NCBI GenBank assembly: GCA_964524735.1
Contig: CAZGCV010000004.1
Location: forward strand, 1 to 45,653
Reading direction: 5' to 3'
Length of the DNA: 45,653 nt
Source of the DNA: an uncultured Candidatus Saccharibacteria bacterium
Lineage (GTDB): Bacteria; Patescibacteriota; Doudnabacteria; UBA920
A program made the position numbers and the translations under genes. Shown piece after piece: positions 22,139-31,082 of this stretch. Under the pieces are notes generated by a model. That model ran no database searches and had not been told where the DNA came from. It worked only from the letters and a program-made list of their open reading frames with translations. Within the stretch, counting starts at the first letter, position 1, and every line of letters begins with the position of its first letter.

Positions 22139-24655
22139 ATGAAAATTAAGAAAATATTTTTAAGCTTTGCAGCGGTATTTGTCACAATATCGTCTTTTGG
22201 TTTTACAGGATTAATCCAAAAGGAAGACGTTACTTCATTAATTGAACCTGTAAAAGAAGCTAAGGCTCAGTATTGTGGGGCTCCTTCAGAAATTGAAGCA
22301 GGCACAACAGGATGGTTTTCCGTAGAAATTCAATCTCCTTGGAGTGGTGCTTGTATGCCTGGAAGTGTTGATTCAAATGTTCCAGGAATTATTTTCGGCC
22401 AGCAGTATGAGCGATGTGATGACCAGGCTGGTTGGTGGAACTGGGAGTATTCAACTTCATATAATGCAAATAACTACGCAAATATCACTTCTCCTCAAAC
22501 GATTGGTGTTATGGTTAGTTCTATGTCAGGAACAGGCGGTGAATGTGAGGCCTTTCAAGATTACGTAGAAATTACCATAGTTCCAAATGGATGGTACAAT
22601 CAGGACTTTAATATTAGCTGTTCTCCTGCTTCAAGAACTATTACAGCAGGAAGCTCTGCATCAGTAACAATTTCTACAACTAAAACAGGCGCATTTAATA
22701 GTCCTGTGAATGTGACTCATTCAATTTCACCTGGTGGTAATCAGCCGACTATTAGCTATACAAACAATAACCAGATTCCTCCAGCGACAACTACTGCTAA
22801 TATTTCAACAACTACTTCAACAAGCGCAAATACTTATACGATTGTATTTACGGCTTCAGGAGGTTCAATTACTAAACAGTGCAGTGTTTCTTTAACTGTA
22901 AACCCGTCTGTTCCAATCGTTGGTGGCGGCACAACTCAGTTGGCTGTGTATCAAACACCAACAGCAACATTTCAAATTAATGGCGCAGCTTCATCTACTA
23001 TTAATCAAGGACAAACAGCTGTATTAAGCTGGCAGCCAAGCGCTACTAATAGCGGCACTGCTTGTACTGCTGGTAATGCATGGGGTGGTGCTAAAAGCAG
23101 TACTCCTGGATCAAATTATTCAGAAGTTATTGGCCCTTTAAATACTCCAGGTACTTATACTTACACTATTCAGTGTTCAGGTGCTTTAAGTTCATTTAGT
23201 CCTACTTACTCTGTTACTTTAACTGTTCAAGCTTTGGTGCCAACATCTGACATTAAAGCAAATGGTTCAGATGGACCAATTACAATTCCATATAACACCG
23301 CAGCAACTATCACATGGACTTCTACTAATACAACTTCTTGTACTGTAAGTCCTTCAAGTTGGACTGGGGTAACTGGAAGTCAGTCAACTGGAGCATTAAC
23401 TTCTGCAAGAACTTATACATTGTCATGTACAGGTCCTGGTGGAAACACAACAGACTCAGTTACAGTGAACGTAACTAACCCATCTTTTTCTATTAACTGT
23501 ACTCCGGCAACAACAACTATTATTGCTGGTAGTTCAACTTCATACATCATTACTGTAAGTGGTCAGAATGGTTTCTCAGGGCAAGTAAGTTTTAGTTCTA
23601 ATGTTTCTGGTCCTGCAATTGGTAAAAATCAAACAGCGCCTAATATTACTTTTAGCCCAAATCCAAGCGGTACTGGTACTGTAACTGGTTTGGTAACAAC
23701 GAGTCCTTCAACCACTCCAAGCGGTACTTATACAATTACTATTACAGCTGCGAGCGCGGGATTTGCTAACCAGACTTGTAACGTACAGCTGGTAATTAAC
23801 CCGGCAACCCCTCCTAACCCTCCAACAAATGTAGCTGTTTCAAATTCAGGGCAATGTGGAACTATAGATATTTCTTGGAGAAATAGCACTGGTTCACCTA
23901 CTCCAGTTGCGTATCGTGTATACCGAAGAATTTCTCCTACAGATCCTTGGCAGCAGCTTGGAGCAGATATTCCTTATACTGCCGGCGCTGCGCATGTATA
24001 CTCTCTAAGAGATAACACTCCATTAAGTTTGGCAGGGTCTAACTACTATGCCGTAGCTGCTGTAGCAAACAGTGTTGAATCTACATACGCATCAGCAAGT
24101 CCGTCTCCAATAGTTCCAGTTGCTTGTACTCCAAACTTGGGTAGTTCCGATAAAGACGTACTAAGTGTTTCTGGAAGAATCAACCGTACATTTACTCCAA
24201 TACAATGTTCTGGAACATCAGAAACTGCTGCATTACCTAATGGCGCATTGTATGCTCCTGGTGATGTAGTAACTTTCCAAATTAACGTATGTAACACTGG
24301 AACCCAAGAACTTACTGGAGTTCAGGTCACAGATACATTTACTAATTTGTCTAACATGACAGTGTTGCCTTCTGTTCCACCTGGATGTGTTACTGGAAGT
24401 TCTGTAAATGCCAACAACGTCACATTTAGCTTGGCTAATGTTGCTGCTAATAATGGTATTTGTGCAATTCGCTTGCGAGGAACAGTTACTGCTCCCGCAA
24501 ACCCTACTGCTGCAATTTATAGATTCCAGAACAGAGCTATAATTACAGGAAATGGAGGTAGTGTTACTCGAGAAGTGTATACTCCACCTTACTTGTTTAG
24601 TGTAACTGGTGGTACACCAGATCGCGGTGAAACTGCTCCTCCTCGCCCTCAATAA
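22139..24655 (+). CDS. Large secreted multidomain surface protein (838 aa): Ig-like repeats, FN3-like and DUF11-like domains
   Basis: Signal/anchor N-terminus. Two copies of the Cys-bracketed domain shared with 20141. Two W..C..C Ig-like repeats, an FN3-like segment (PTNVAVS..ISWRNS..YRVYRR), and a DUF11-like VTFQINVCNTGTQELTGVQVTDTF. Confidence 0.7.
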   Translation: MKIKKIFLSFAAVFVTISSFGFTGLIQKEDVTSLIEPVKEAKAQYCGAPSEIEAGTTGWFSVEIQSPWSGACMPGSVDSNVPGIIFGQQYERCDDQAGWWNWEYSTSYNANNYANITSPQTIGVMVSSMSGTGGECEAFQDYVEITIVPNGWYNQDFNISCSPASRTITAGSSASVTISTTKTGAFNSPVNVTHSISPGGNQPTISYTNNNQIPPATTTANISTTTSTSANTYTIVFTASGGSITKQCSVSLTVNPSVPIVGGGTTQLAVYQTPTATFQINGAASSTINQGQTAVLSWQPSATNSGTACTAGNAWGGAKSSTPGSNYSEVIGPLNTPGTYTYTIQCSGALSSFSPTYSVTLTVQALVPTSDIKANGSDGPITIPYNTAATITWTSTNTTSCTVSPSSWTGVTGSQSTGALTSARTYTLSCTGPGGNTTDSVTVNVTNPSFSINCTPATTTIIAGSSTSYIITVSGQNGFSGQVSFSSNVSGPAIGKNQTAPNITFSPNPSGTGTVTGLVTTSPSTTPSGTYTITITAASAGFANQTCNVQLVINPATPPNPPTNVAVSNSGQCGTIDISWRNSTGSPTPVAYRVYRRISPTDPWQQLGADIPYTAGAAHVYSLRDNTPLSLAGSNYYAVAAVANSVESTYASASPSPIVPVACTPNLGSSDKDVLSVSGRINRTFTPIQCSGTSETAALPNGALYAPGDVVTFQINVCNTGTQELTGVQVTDTFTNLSNMTVLPSVPPGCVTGSSVNANNVTFSLANVAANNGICAIRLRGTVTAPANPTAAIYRFQNRAIITGNGGSVTREVYTPPYLFSVTGGTPDRGETAPPRPQ

Positions 24656-24661
24656 AAAATT

Positions 24662-24692
24662 AAAACCGTTCTCTAACAGAGAGCGGTTTTTT
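24662..24692 (+). terminator. Rho-independent terminator closing the surface-protein island
   Basis: AAAACCGTTCTCT-AAC-AGAGAGCGGTTTTTT. Confidence 0.8.
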
Positions 24693-24713
24693 ATTTTGTG
24701 CACAGCTTATGCT

Positions 24714-24742
24714 TTGACACTAACCTTAATAACTGATACAAT
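24714..24742 (+). promoter_or_regulatory. Promoter TTGACA-17 nt-TACAAT for the KH-trmD-rluD-rplS operon
   Basis: TTGACA at 24714-24719 and TACAAT at 24737-24742. Confidence 0.6.
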
Positions 24743-24815
24743 GCGTGTGCAATAGAGGCTCAAGCAGAAAAGGTCGAAGCCATACTTCTATAGCAGAAAT
24801 TCTAACAGAACGAAC

Positions 24816-25148
24816 ATGGAAAGAGATCAGGAATTCGTAGAATATATTATCAAGGCGTTAGTTGATAACCCTCAAGACGTTCGTACTGACCGCAGCGTAG
24901 ATGAGATGGGTGTGTTAATCACTCTTCACATCAATCCAGCTGATATGGGTCAGGTTATCGGCCGCATGGGTCAAACAGCAAAAGCTGTTCGCACTCTACT
25001 ACGCGTTGTAGGTGCTAAGCACAAATCTCGCGTAAACTTGAAGATTGATGAACCAGAAGGTTCACACCGCGGTCCTCGCCGCTCTCATGATGAAGCACCA
25101 ACTGCTTCTGACGACAGCGCACCGGACATGGACGACTTCAAGCTTTAA
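24816..25148 (+). CDS. KH-domain RNA-binding protein (YlqC/UPF0109 family) with a C-terminal extension
   Basis: IIKALVDNPQDVRTD...GVLITLHINPADMGQVIGRMGQTAKAVRTLL. Confidence 0.8.
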   Translation: MERDQEFVEYIIKALVDNPQDVRTDRSVDEMGVLITLHINPADMGQVIGRMGQTAKAVRTLLRVVGAKHKSRVNLKIDEPEGSHRGPRRSHDEAPTASDDSAPDMDDFKL

Positions 25149-25161
25149 TTTAAAACAATTC

Positions 25162-25208
25162 AAAACCCGCGCCTTACTTCTTTCGAGAAGATGCGGGTTT
25201 TGTTTTTT
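25162..25208 (+). terminator. Long hairpin plus T-run between the KH gene and trmD (terminator or attenuator)
   Basis: AAAACCCGC..(inner CTTCT-TTCG-AGAAG)..GCGGGTTTTGTTTTTT. It overlaps the ORF-track extension of trmD. Confidence 0.55.
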
Positions 25209-25214
25209 AAAACA

Positions 25215-25970
25215 ATGAAAAAGATTTCCATAGTTACATTATTTCCAGAATTCATTGAGCAATATGCTGGATTCGGAATTATCTCTCGCGCCATCAAGCG
25301 CAAGCTTGTTGATATACGTGCAGTAAATCTGCGCGGTTTTGCTATTGATAAACGCGGTACTGTTGATGACCGCCCTTATGGCGGCGGTTTGGGAATGGTT
25401 TTAAGACCTGATGTAGTAATTAAAGCGATTCAAAAATTGCGTGGTCGCGCTGGTGTTTCTGGAAAAACTGCAGCGGCAAAAAAGACTCGTGTGGTTTTAA
25501 TGACTCCTCAAGGAAAGCCTTTTACTCAGGACATTGCTCGCAAGCTCGCGAAGCATGATCATGTTGTTTTTGTTTGTGGTCGCTACGAAGGTTTCGATGA
25601 ACGTGTGCGGAAATTTGTAGATGAAGAAATTTCTATTGGCGACTATGTGCTTATGGGCGGTGAACTCCCAGCATTAGTAATTAGCGAAGCATTGTTGCGC
25701 ATGGTTCCAGGCGTTCTTGGTAAAGATGATTCTGCTGCAGCTGAAAGTTTTTCTGCTGAAAAGGGTAAAGCTGCGATGCTTGAGTATCCTCAATATACAA
25801 AACCTGAAGTTTTAGAAGTTAAAGTTACTGACCGAAATGGAGAAAAGAAAGTTAAGAAAATTTCTGTGCCAAAAGTTTTGTTAAGTGGGCATCATGAAAA
25901 CGTAGAGAAGTGGCGAAATGAAGAAGCTTTAAAGCGTACGCAAAAACGTCGTCCGGATTTGTTAAAATAA
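25215..25970 (+). CDS. trmD: tRNA (guanine37-N1)-methyltransferase
   Basis: Start at MKKISIVTLFPEF. Motifs: DDRPYGGGLGMV, CGRYEGFDERV, IGDYVLMGGELPA and LLSGHHENVEKWR. Confidence 0.9.
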   Translation: MKKISIVTLFPEFIEQYAGFGIISRAIKRKLVDIRAVNLRGFAIDKRGTVDDRPYGGGLGMVLRPDVVIKAIQKLRGRAGVSGKTAAAKKTRVVLMTPQGKPFTQDIARKLAKHDHVVFVCGRYEGFDERVRKFVDEEISIGDYVLMGGELPALVISEALLRMVPGVLGKDDSAAAESFSAEKGKAAMLEYPQYTKPEVLEVKVTDRNGEKKVKKISVPKVLLSGHHENVEKWRNEEALKRTQKRRPDLLK

Positions 25971-26009
25971 AAAAGCTCCGTGGTTGTAATTCCACAGCGC
26001 TACTTAATT

Positions 26010-26969
26010 ATGTCAAACATTAAAAAATTCACAGTTGAGGATCTCAAAACCCGCTTAGATAAATTTTTAGCTGAGCAGGTTTTGGAATTGTCTGGAAAGA
26101 TTGTGTCACGAGGGAAGATTCAACGTGATATTGAATTAGGCTTTGTGAAAGTAAATGACGTAGTTCAAGAATCACCCAAGTTTACAGTCCGCAAAGACGA
26201 TAAAATTTCTTACGATCTTAAAGAGGAAGAAAAACCTCAGCCAAAGAATATCCCGCTGCATACTTTGTACAATAGTCATGGTTTGCTGGTTATAGACAAA
26301 CCAGCTGGGTTAGTTGTTCATCCTGGCGCAGGTTTTAAAGGTGATTCTTTGGCTCAAGCTCTTTTGTATCATTTTAAGGATATTCATTTGGTGGGTGAAG
26401 AGGGCCGAAACGGAATTGTACATCGTTTAGACAAAGATACGAGCGGTGTAATGCTTATTGCTCTGACTCCAGAAATGTATGATCATTTGAAAGAAGGATT
26501 TTCTGAACGCAAGATTAAAAAGGAGTATACTGCCTTAGTTAAAGGGAAAATTGAAGAAAAGCATGCAAAAATTGACCTGCCTCTTGGCAAAAGCCAGAAA
26601 GATTTCCGTAAATACACCACAAACACAGCTGATATGGTCCGGGAAAAGCCTTCTTTAACTGAATATTGGGTTCAAGGCTATTACACCGATGGGGTTGACT
26701 TTTTCACCCAAATTAAGGTAAAATTACACACAGGTAGAACGCATCAGATTCGCGTTCATTTTTCTTCTCTTGGTTTTCCCTTGGTAGGCGATGAGCTGTA
26801 CGGCGGAAAGAAAGTGATGAAGCTGGCAGACGGGCAAAAGCCTGAAAGGCAGTTTCTGCACTCAACAAAGATTGAAGTGCAATTACCTAATCAAGAATGG
26901 ATTGAAGCAGAAAGCAAACTGCCAAAAGATCTTGAAGAAATTTTATCAAGTTTAAAGAAAGTTAATTAA
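26010..26969 (+). CDS. RluA/RluD-family 23S rRNA pseudouridine synthase
   Basis: S4-like N-terminus, catalytic [12 protein letters not shown], and GRTHQIRVH. Confidence 0.85.
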   Translation: MSNIKKFTVEDLKTRLDKFLAEQVLELSGKIVSRGKIQRDIELGFVKVNDVVQESPKFTVRKDDKISYDLKEEEKPQPKNIPLHTLYNSHGLLVIDKPAGLVVHPGAGFKGDSLAQALLYHFKDIHLVGEEGRNGIVHRLDKDTSGVMLIALTPEMYDHLKEGFSERKIKKEYTALVKGKIEEKHAKIDLPLGKSQKDFRKYTTNTADMVREKPSLTEYWVQGYYTDGVDFFTQIKVKLHTGRTHQIRVHFSSLGFPLVGDELYGGKKVMKLADGQKPERQFLHSTKIEVQLPNQEWIEAESKLPKDLEEILSSLKKVN

Positions 26970-26974
26970 CAAGT

Positions 26975-27400
26975 ATGCCAATTGTAAAAAATTTAAAAGC
27001 TGAACAGTTGAAAGAATTGCCTGCATTTGAAGTTGGCAATACTGTTAAAGTTCACCAGCGTATTAAAGAAGGTGGTAAGGAACGTATCCAGATTTTTGAA
27101 GGAATCGTTATTGCTCGCAAAGGCGGTAAAGGCGCTAATGCAACTTTCATGGTTCGCAAGATTGCTAGCGGTGTAGGTGTAGAACGTATTTACCCATTGC
27201 ACTCTCCAAACATTGCAAAGCTAGAAGTTGTAAAAGATGATAAAGTTCGCCAAGCGAAAATTTACTACGTTCGTGAACGTCGCGATAATGCTCCACGTAC
27301 ACGCCGTAAACTAATCATCACTAAAAAGATGAAAGAAGCTGCTGCAAAGAAGGAAGCTGCTAAAAAATCAGCACCAAAGGCTGAAGCAAAAGCTGAATAA
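26975..27400 (+). CDS. rplS: 50S ribosomal protein L19 with a K/A-rich C-terminal tail
   Basis: [34 protein letters not shown]...[11 protein letters not shown]. Confidence 0.9.
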   Translation: MPIVKNLKAEQLKELPAFEVGNTVKVHQRIKEGGKERIQIFEGIVIARKGGKGANATFMVRKIASGVGVERIYPLHSPNIAKLEVVKDDKVRQAKIYYVRERRDNAPRTRRKLIITKKMKEAAAKKEAAKKSAPKAEAKAE

Positions 27401-27411
27401 TTTAGAAATTT

Positions 27412-27441
27412 AAAACCGCTCCATTACGGAGCGGTTTTTTT
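27412..27441. terminator. Bidirectional terminator between convergent rplS and the ORF at 27454
   Basis: AAAACCGCTCC-ATTAC-GGAGCGGTTTTTTT. Confidence 0.8.
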
Positions 27442-27453
27442 GTTTGTAGTTTT

Positions 27454-27756
27454 TTATATTTTATAGCCTTGTTGTCCAAGAACACCCTTAATTTTTTCTA
27501 CATCTTTCATTGTTGCGCGAATATCTTCGTCGCTTCCTTTGTCTAAGCGCATAACAATTTCTTTCACTTCTGCGAGCTCAGTCTTAGTCGCCATATTAAC
27601 CCTAATGTCAGAAATATCAGCCTCCAGTTTGGCAATGTCATCCTTGGTTGCAAAGCTTTTAATATCGTCTTTGGTGACAAATCCTTTCAAGTCGTCCTTA
27701 GTCGCGACATTTGAAAACTGGTCTATTACGTATTGTTGAAATTCTTGAGTATTCAT
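27454..27756 (-). CDS. Small coiled-coil protein with TKDD(L/I) repeats (DUF1640-like)
   Basis: ATKDDLKGFVTKDDIKSFATKDDIAKLEADISDIRVNMATKTELAEVK. Confidence 0.4.
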   Translation of the reverse strand: MNTQEFQQYVIDQFSNVATKDDLKGFVTKDDIKSFATKDDIAKLEADISDIRVNMATKTELAEVKEIVMRLDKGSDEDIRATMKDVEKIKGVLGQQGYKI

Positions 27757-27825
27757 AAAGCATAAAAATTAATTACGCTGTTATTATATGATACCACACT
27801 TCAAATTCAGCTAAAGATATTTTAA

Positions 27826-27856
27826 ATAAAAACCCTCTTACAAAGAGGGTTTTTAT
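27826..27856 (-). terminator. Terminator after the SOD gene (minus strand)
   Basis: AAAAACCCTCTT-ACA-AAGAGGGTTTTT, flanked by A and T runs. Confidence 0.7.
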
Positions 27857-27862
27857 TTATTA

Positions 27863-28471
27863 TTAGTTAGAATTATTTTTCCAATTTTCTATACCAATAT
27901 TTGCTATGGTTTTCTCTACATCTTCCCAGTTAAGGTTTTTGAAGAATGCTTCAATATAGTCAGCACGAGCAATTCCATAGTCGTTTATATAAGCATGTTC
28001 GTAGACATCTAGGGCAACTAGAGGAGTGGCGTGCCAGATTGGGAATGTGTCCTGAGAATCTCCTAAGTAGTTAAAAATTGATCCAGTCTGCCAGTCAAAA
28101 GCAAACCATACCCAGCCGCGCGCAGCTAAGCCTGTAGCTTTCATGTCCGCTAACCAATTTTCATATGAACCGAATGTTTCGTTGATTTTATCTGCTATCC
28201 AGCCCTTTGGAGCTTCGCCATTTCCAGAAAGATTTTGGAAATAGATTTCATGCGATCTAATTGCATTTACGGCAAATGAATAACCAAGTTTTAGAGCACG
28301 AAGATCAGATTGAGTTGCATTGGCAGTACTTAAGTCCACAGTCTTAAGCTTTTCAAGAATTTCATTAGCTTTTTTTACATAGCCTTCATAGAGTTTGTAG
28401 TGTTCGCTCATCATTTTTGCGGATAAGCCGTCCACTCCTTCTATGCTTTTAAATTTTTTTGCTTCAAACAT
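27863..28471 (-). CDS. Fe/Mn-family superoxide dismutase (divergent N-terminal helix)
   Basis: Start trimmed to MFEAKKF. Motifs: SEHYKLYEGYVKKAN, RSHEIYFQNL, WVWFAF and LDVYEHAYINDY (D/H metal ligands). Confidence 0.8.
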   Translation of the reverse strand: MFEAKKFKSIEGVDGLSAKMMSEHYKLYEGYVKKANEILEKLKTVDLSTANATQSDLRALKLGYSFAVNAIRSHEIYFQNLSGNGEAPKGWIADKINETFGSYENWLADMKATGLAARGWVWFAFDWQTGSIFNYLGDSQDTFPIWHATPLVALDVYEHAYINDYGIARADYIEAFFKNLNWEDVEKTIANIGIENWKNNSN

Positions 28472-28488
28472 ATTTTTGTTGGAAATAA

Positions 28489-28513
28489 AACTGCTGCCAT
28501 TGCGACAGCAGTT
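28489..28513 (-). terminator. Intercistronic hairpin between the prx and sod genes
   Basis: On the minus strand: AACTGCTG-TCGCAATGG-CAGCAGTT followed by TTATTT. Confidence 0.5.
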
Positions 28514-28527
28514 CAATTATAAATTAA

Positions 28528-29091
28528 TTATTTACCTAGAGTTGCATCGCCTTTTTTCCAGTTTGCAGGACAACGTTCGCCAGTTTGTAATGCTTCAACG
28601 ACACGCAAGATTTCCTTTGTGTTGCGGCCCACTGAACCATCTGAAACCAATACATAACGTAATATTCCTTCAGGATCAATAATGAAAGTTCCGCGTTGTG
28701 CAGCGCCGTCATCATCTAGAACATTGTAAGCATCAGCTAGTTCTTGAGTTGTGTCTGCGATGATCGGGAACTTAACACCTTTCAAACGTTCATCAGTTTC
28801 AAACCAAGCTTTGTGTGAGAATTCACTGTCAGTGCTAGCAGAAATAACTTCACAGTTTAGTTTAAGGAAGTCTTCGTAGTGTTCGCCGAATTCCTGAATT
28901 TCTGTTGGGCAGATGAAAGTGAAGTCTCGTGGGTAGAAAAATAGTACAGCCCATTTTCCTGCGTAGTCATGTAATGACGCTTTTTTAAATTCACCTTGAT
29001 GGTAAGTTGTCATGTCTTCAAATACTGGCGCAGGCTGTCCAATTTGAGGCGCAAGCATGAAGTCCATTTCTTCAATATCTTCTTCGTACAT
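28528..29091 (-). CDS. Typical 2-Cys peroxiredoxin (AhpC/Prx1 type)
   Basis: FFYPRDFTFICPTEI (peroxidatic Cys) and C-terminal GERCPANW (resolving Cys). Confidence 0.9.
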   Translation of the reverse strand: MYEEDIEEMDFMLAPQIGQPAPVFEDMTTYHQGEFKKASLHDYAGKWAVLFFYPRDFTFICPTEIQEFGEHYEDFLKLNCEVISASTDSEFSHKAWFETDERLKGVKFPIIADTTQELADAYNVLDDDGAAQRGTFIIDPEGILRYVLVSDGSVGRNTKEILRVVEALQTGERCPANWKKGDATLGK

Positions 29092-29236
29092 TTTATAAAG
29101 TTTAATAGTCTATATAGTTATATTAATGTTTGGCGAGAAAAGAATCAAATCTCTAAATGGAGTATATTTATGCACAAATTTTCTGGTTATAAGCCAAAAA
29201 TGAATGTATAATTAAATTAAATAATATTTCCATGTT

Positions 29237-30847
29237 ATGAATACAGCTCCGCATATTAGCACATATACTATTTCATATAACAATAAAAAAAAGAAGAGCG
29301 TAGCTTTTAATCTAAATAAGCTTGTGATCTCCTTTTTTATTACCGCTTTAGTTTTTAATCAGTTTTTCTTGCCAGTCGAAACTGTAGTGGCTGCTGACTA
29401 CATACCAGTTTCTTCTTGCCAAGACCTTCAAGATATAAATCAAGATTTAACAGCTAATTACGTACTTCAAAATGATATTGATTGTAGTGGTTTTGACTTT
29501 ACTCCAATTACGACAGAAGATGGCGATCCTTTTACTGGAGTTCTTGATGGTAATAATTTTAAGATAGATAATTTGAGTATAATTGATCCTGAGGGTTTTT
29601 CTGCATTATTCGTGCGTACTAACGGGGCTGAAATAAAAAATTTAAAAATCTCTAATTTAGAGATAGAATCTCTTGCTTGCTCCGCATCTTTAGTTGTTTT
29701 GGCTTTCGAAAATTTGATTATTGATAATGTAAATGTCAACGGTTCGTTAGTTGATTTTTCCACTTCAGAATGTGCTAGCGGTGGGTTAGTTGGGTATTAT
29801 GGTAGTTCTGATGAGTCTGGTAATTTAACAATTAATAGAAGTTCATTTATAGGAACAATTTCTTCACAAATTACCGCGGGTTTAATTGGAATAGCTGTTT
29901 CAGGTGAGGTCGTAATTGAAAACTCCTACACACAAGGATCAATAACAGCAGAAAATGCTAGTGGTGTTTTGTTAGCGGGTCTGTTTAGTTCTATTATTAT
30001 AAATAACTCGTATTCAAGCATGGATTTGTATGTCCCTGGAACCGAATCTGCTTATGTTCCTGATCTTTTAAATGCAGGGATGGTGGCAGTAGCAACTGAT
30101 TTAGATATTTCAAATTCTTTTTACTCTGGTCATATATATATGAGCGAAGAAGATGGTGTGGCTGGAGGAATAACAGCATATCCAGTAAATTCTTCAGGTT
30201 TTACTACATTAGTTGATAATGTGTATTATTTTCTTCCTGAAGAAAGTGATTTACCTTGTATTTATTACGCGCCAGATGCAGATGCAGATGTTGTTGATTG
30301 TCCTTCAGTAGCCAGTCAAGATTATTTTAAAGGGTTGGATGTACAAAGCCGCAATCCTTTCAGTGCTTGGGATTTTGAAGATGTGTGGACAGCTAAAGCA
30401 GGAGACTTTCCAATTTTAAAGAGTTTGACTGCTCCAGAACCGAACCCTTCAACTCCTAGAAGATCTGGCAGTGTTATTAGAAAACCGGAGCAGGATATTG
30501 TAGTGCCATCAGGATTATCGTATGAAGAGTTAAAAAATAGCTTTACTAACAGTAATGGTAATCTGCCTCAAAATAATTTTAGATTTACAAGGAATTTAGG
30601 ATTAGGAAGTAATAGTAGCGATGTGAAATATCTTCAAGAGTTTTTGAATAAGAATAATTTTATGGTTTCTGATAGTGGAGCAGGGTCAGTTGGGAAGGAG
30701 ACAAATTATTTCGGGATAAAAACATATAATGCTGTGCGTAAATTTCAGGAAGCTTATCCTCAGCATATACTGACACCTTTGAATTTAATTAGAGGAACAG
30801 GTTTCTTCGGTGACAAAACAAGAGAGTTTGTGAACACGCTGTTTTAA
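29237..30847 (+). CDS. Surface protein with GLUG-type repeats and a C-terminal peptidoglycan-binding (PG_binding_1) domain
   Basis: TM/signal N-terminus. YVLQNDIDCSG..FTGVLDGNNFKIDNLSI, repeated GGLVG/AGLIG/AGGIT motifs, and C-terminal SDVKYLQEFLN..FGIKTYNAVRKFQEAY. Confidence 0.6.
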   Translation: MNTAPHISTYTISYNNKKKKSVAFNLNKLVISFFITALVFNQFFLPVETVVAADYIPVSSCQDLQDINQDLTANYVLQNDIDCSGFDFTPITTEDGDPFTGVLDGNNFKIDNLSIIDPEGFSALFVRTNGAEIKNLKISNLEIESLACSASLVVLAFENLIIDNVNVNGSLVDFSTSECASGGLVGYYGSSDESGNLTINRSSFIGTISSQITAGLIGIAVSGEVVIENSYTQGSITAENASGVLLAGLFSSIIINNSYSSMDLYVPGTESAYVPDLLNAGMVAVATDLDISNSFYSGHIYMSEEDGVAGGITAYPVNSSGFTTLVDNVYYFLPEESDLPCIYYAPDADADVVDCPSVASQDYFKGLDVQSRNPFSAWDFEDVWTAKAGDFPILKSLTAPEPNPSTPRRSGSVIRKPEQDIVVPSGLSYEELKNSFTNSNGNLPQNNFRFTRNLGLGSNSSDVKYLQEFLNKNNFMVSDSGAGSVGKETNYFGIKTYNAVRKFQEAYPQHILTPLNLIRGTGFFGDKTREFVNTLF

Positions 30848-30925
30848 TTTGACCAATAAGTTGGAAATGTGGTACAGTAAAGCCATAAAAATCAATTTTA
30901 AACATCCGTACCTGAAAAGCTGATT

Positions 30926-30955
30926 TTGACTGAAAACGATGATATTGCATATAAT
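30926..30955 (+). promoter_or_regulatory. Promoter TTGACT-18 nt-TATAAT upstream of rny (about 120-nt leader)
   Basis: TTGACT at 30926-30931 and TATAAT at 30950-30955. Confidence 0.55.
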
Positions 30956-31082
30956 TTCAACTATTTTAACTGTTTCTAAAACGTTACCTGTTAGTTTTAA
31001 AGAGCTGGGCAAGATTTTGCGCAGCTAGTTTTGCATTTATCTAAAATTCAGCAACAGCCTTACGGTCGGAGTAAGGTATTTT

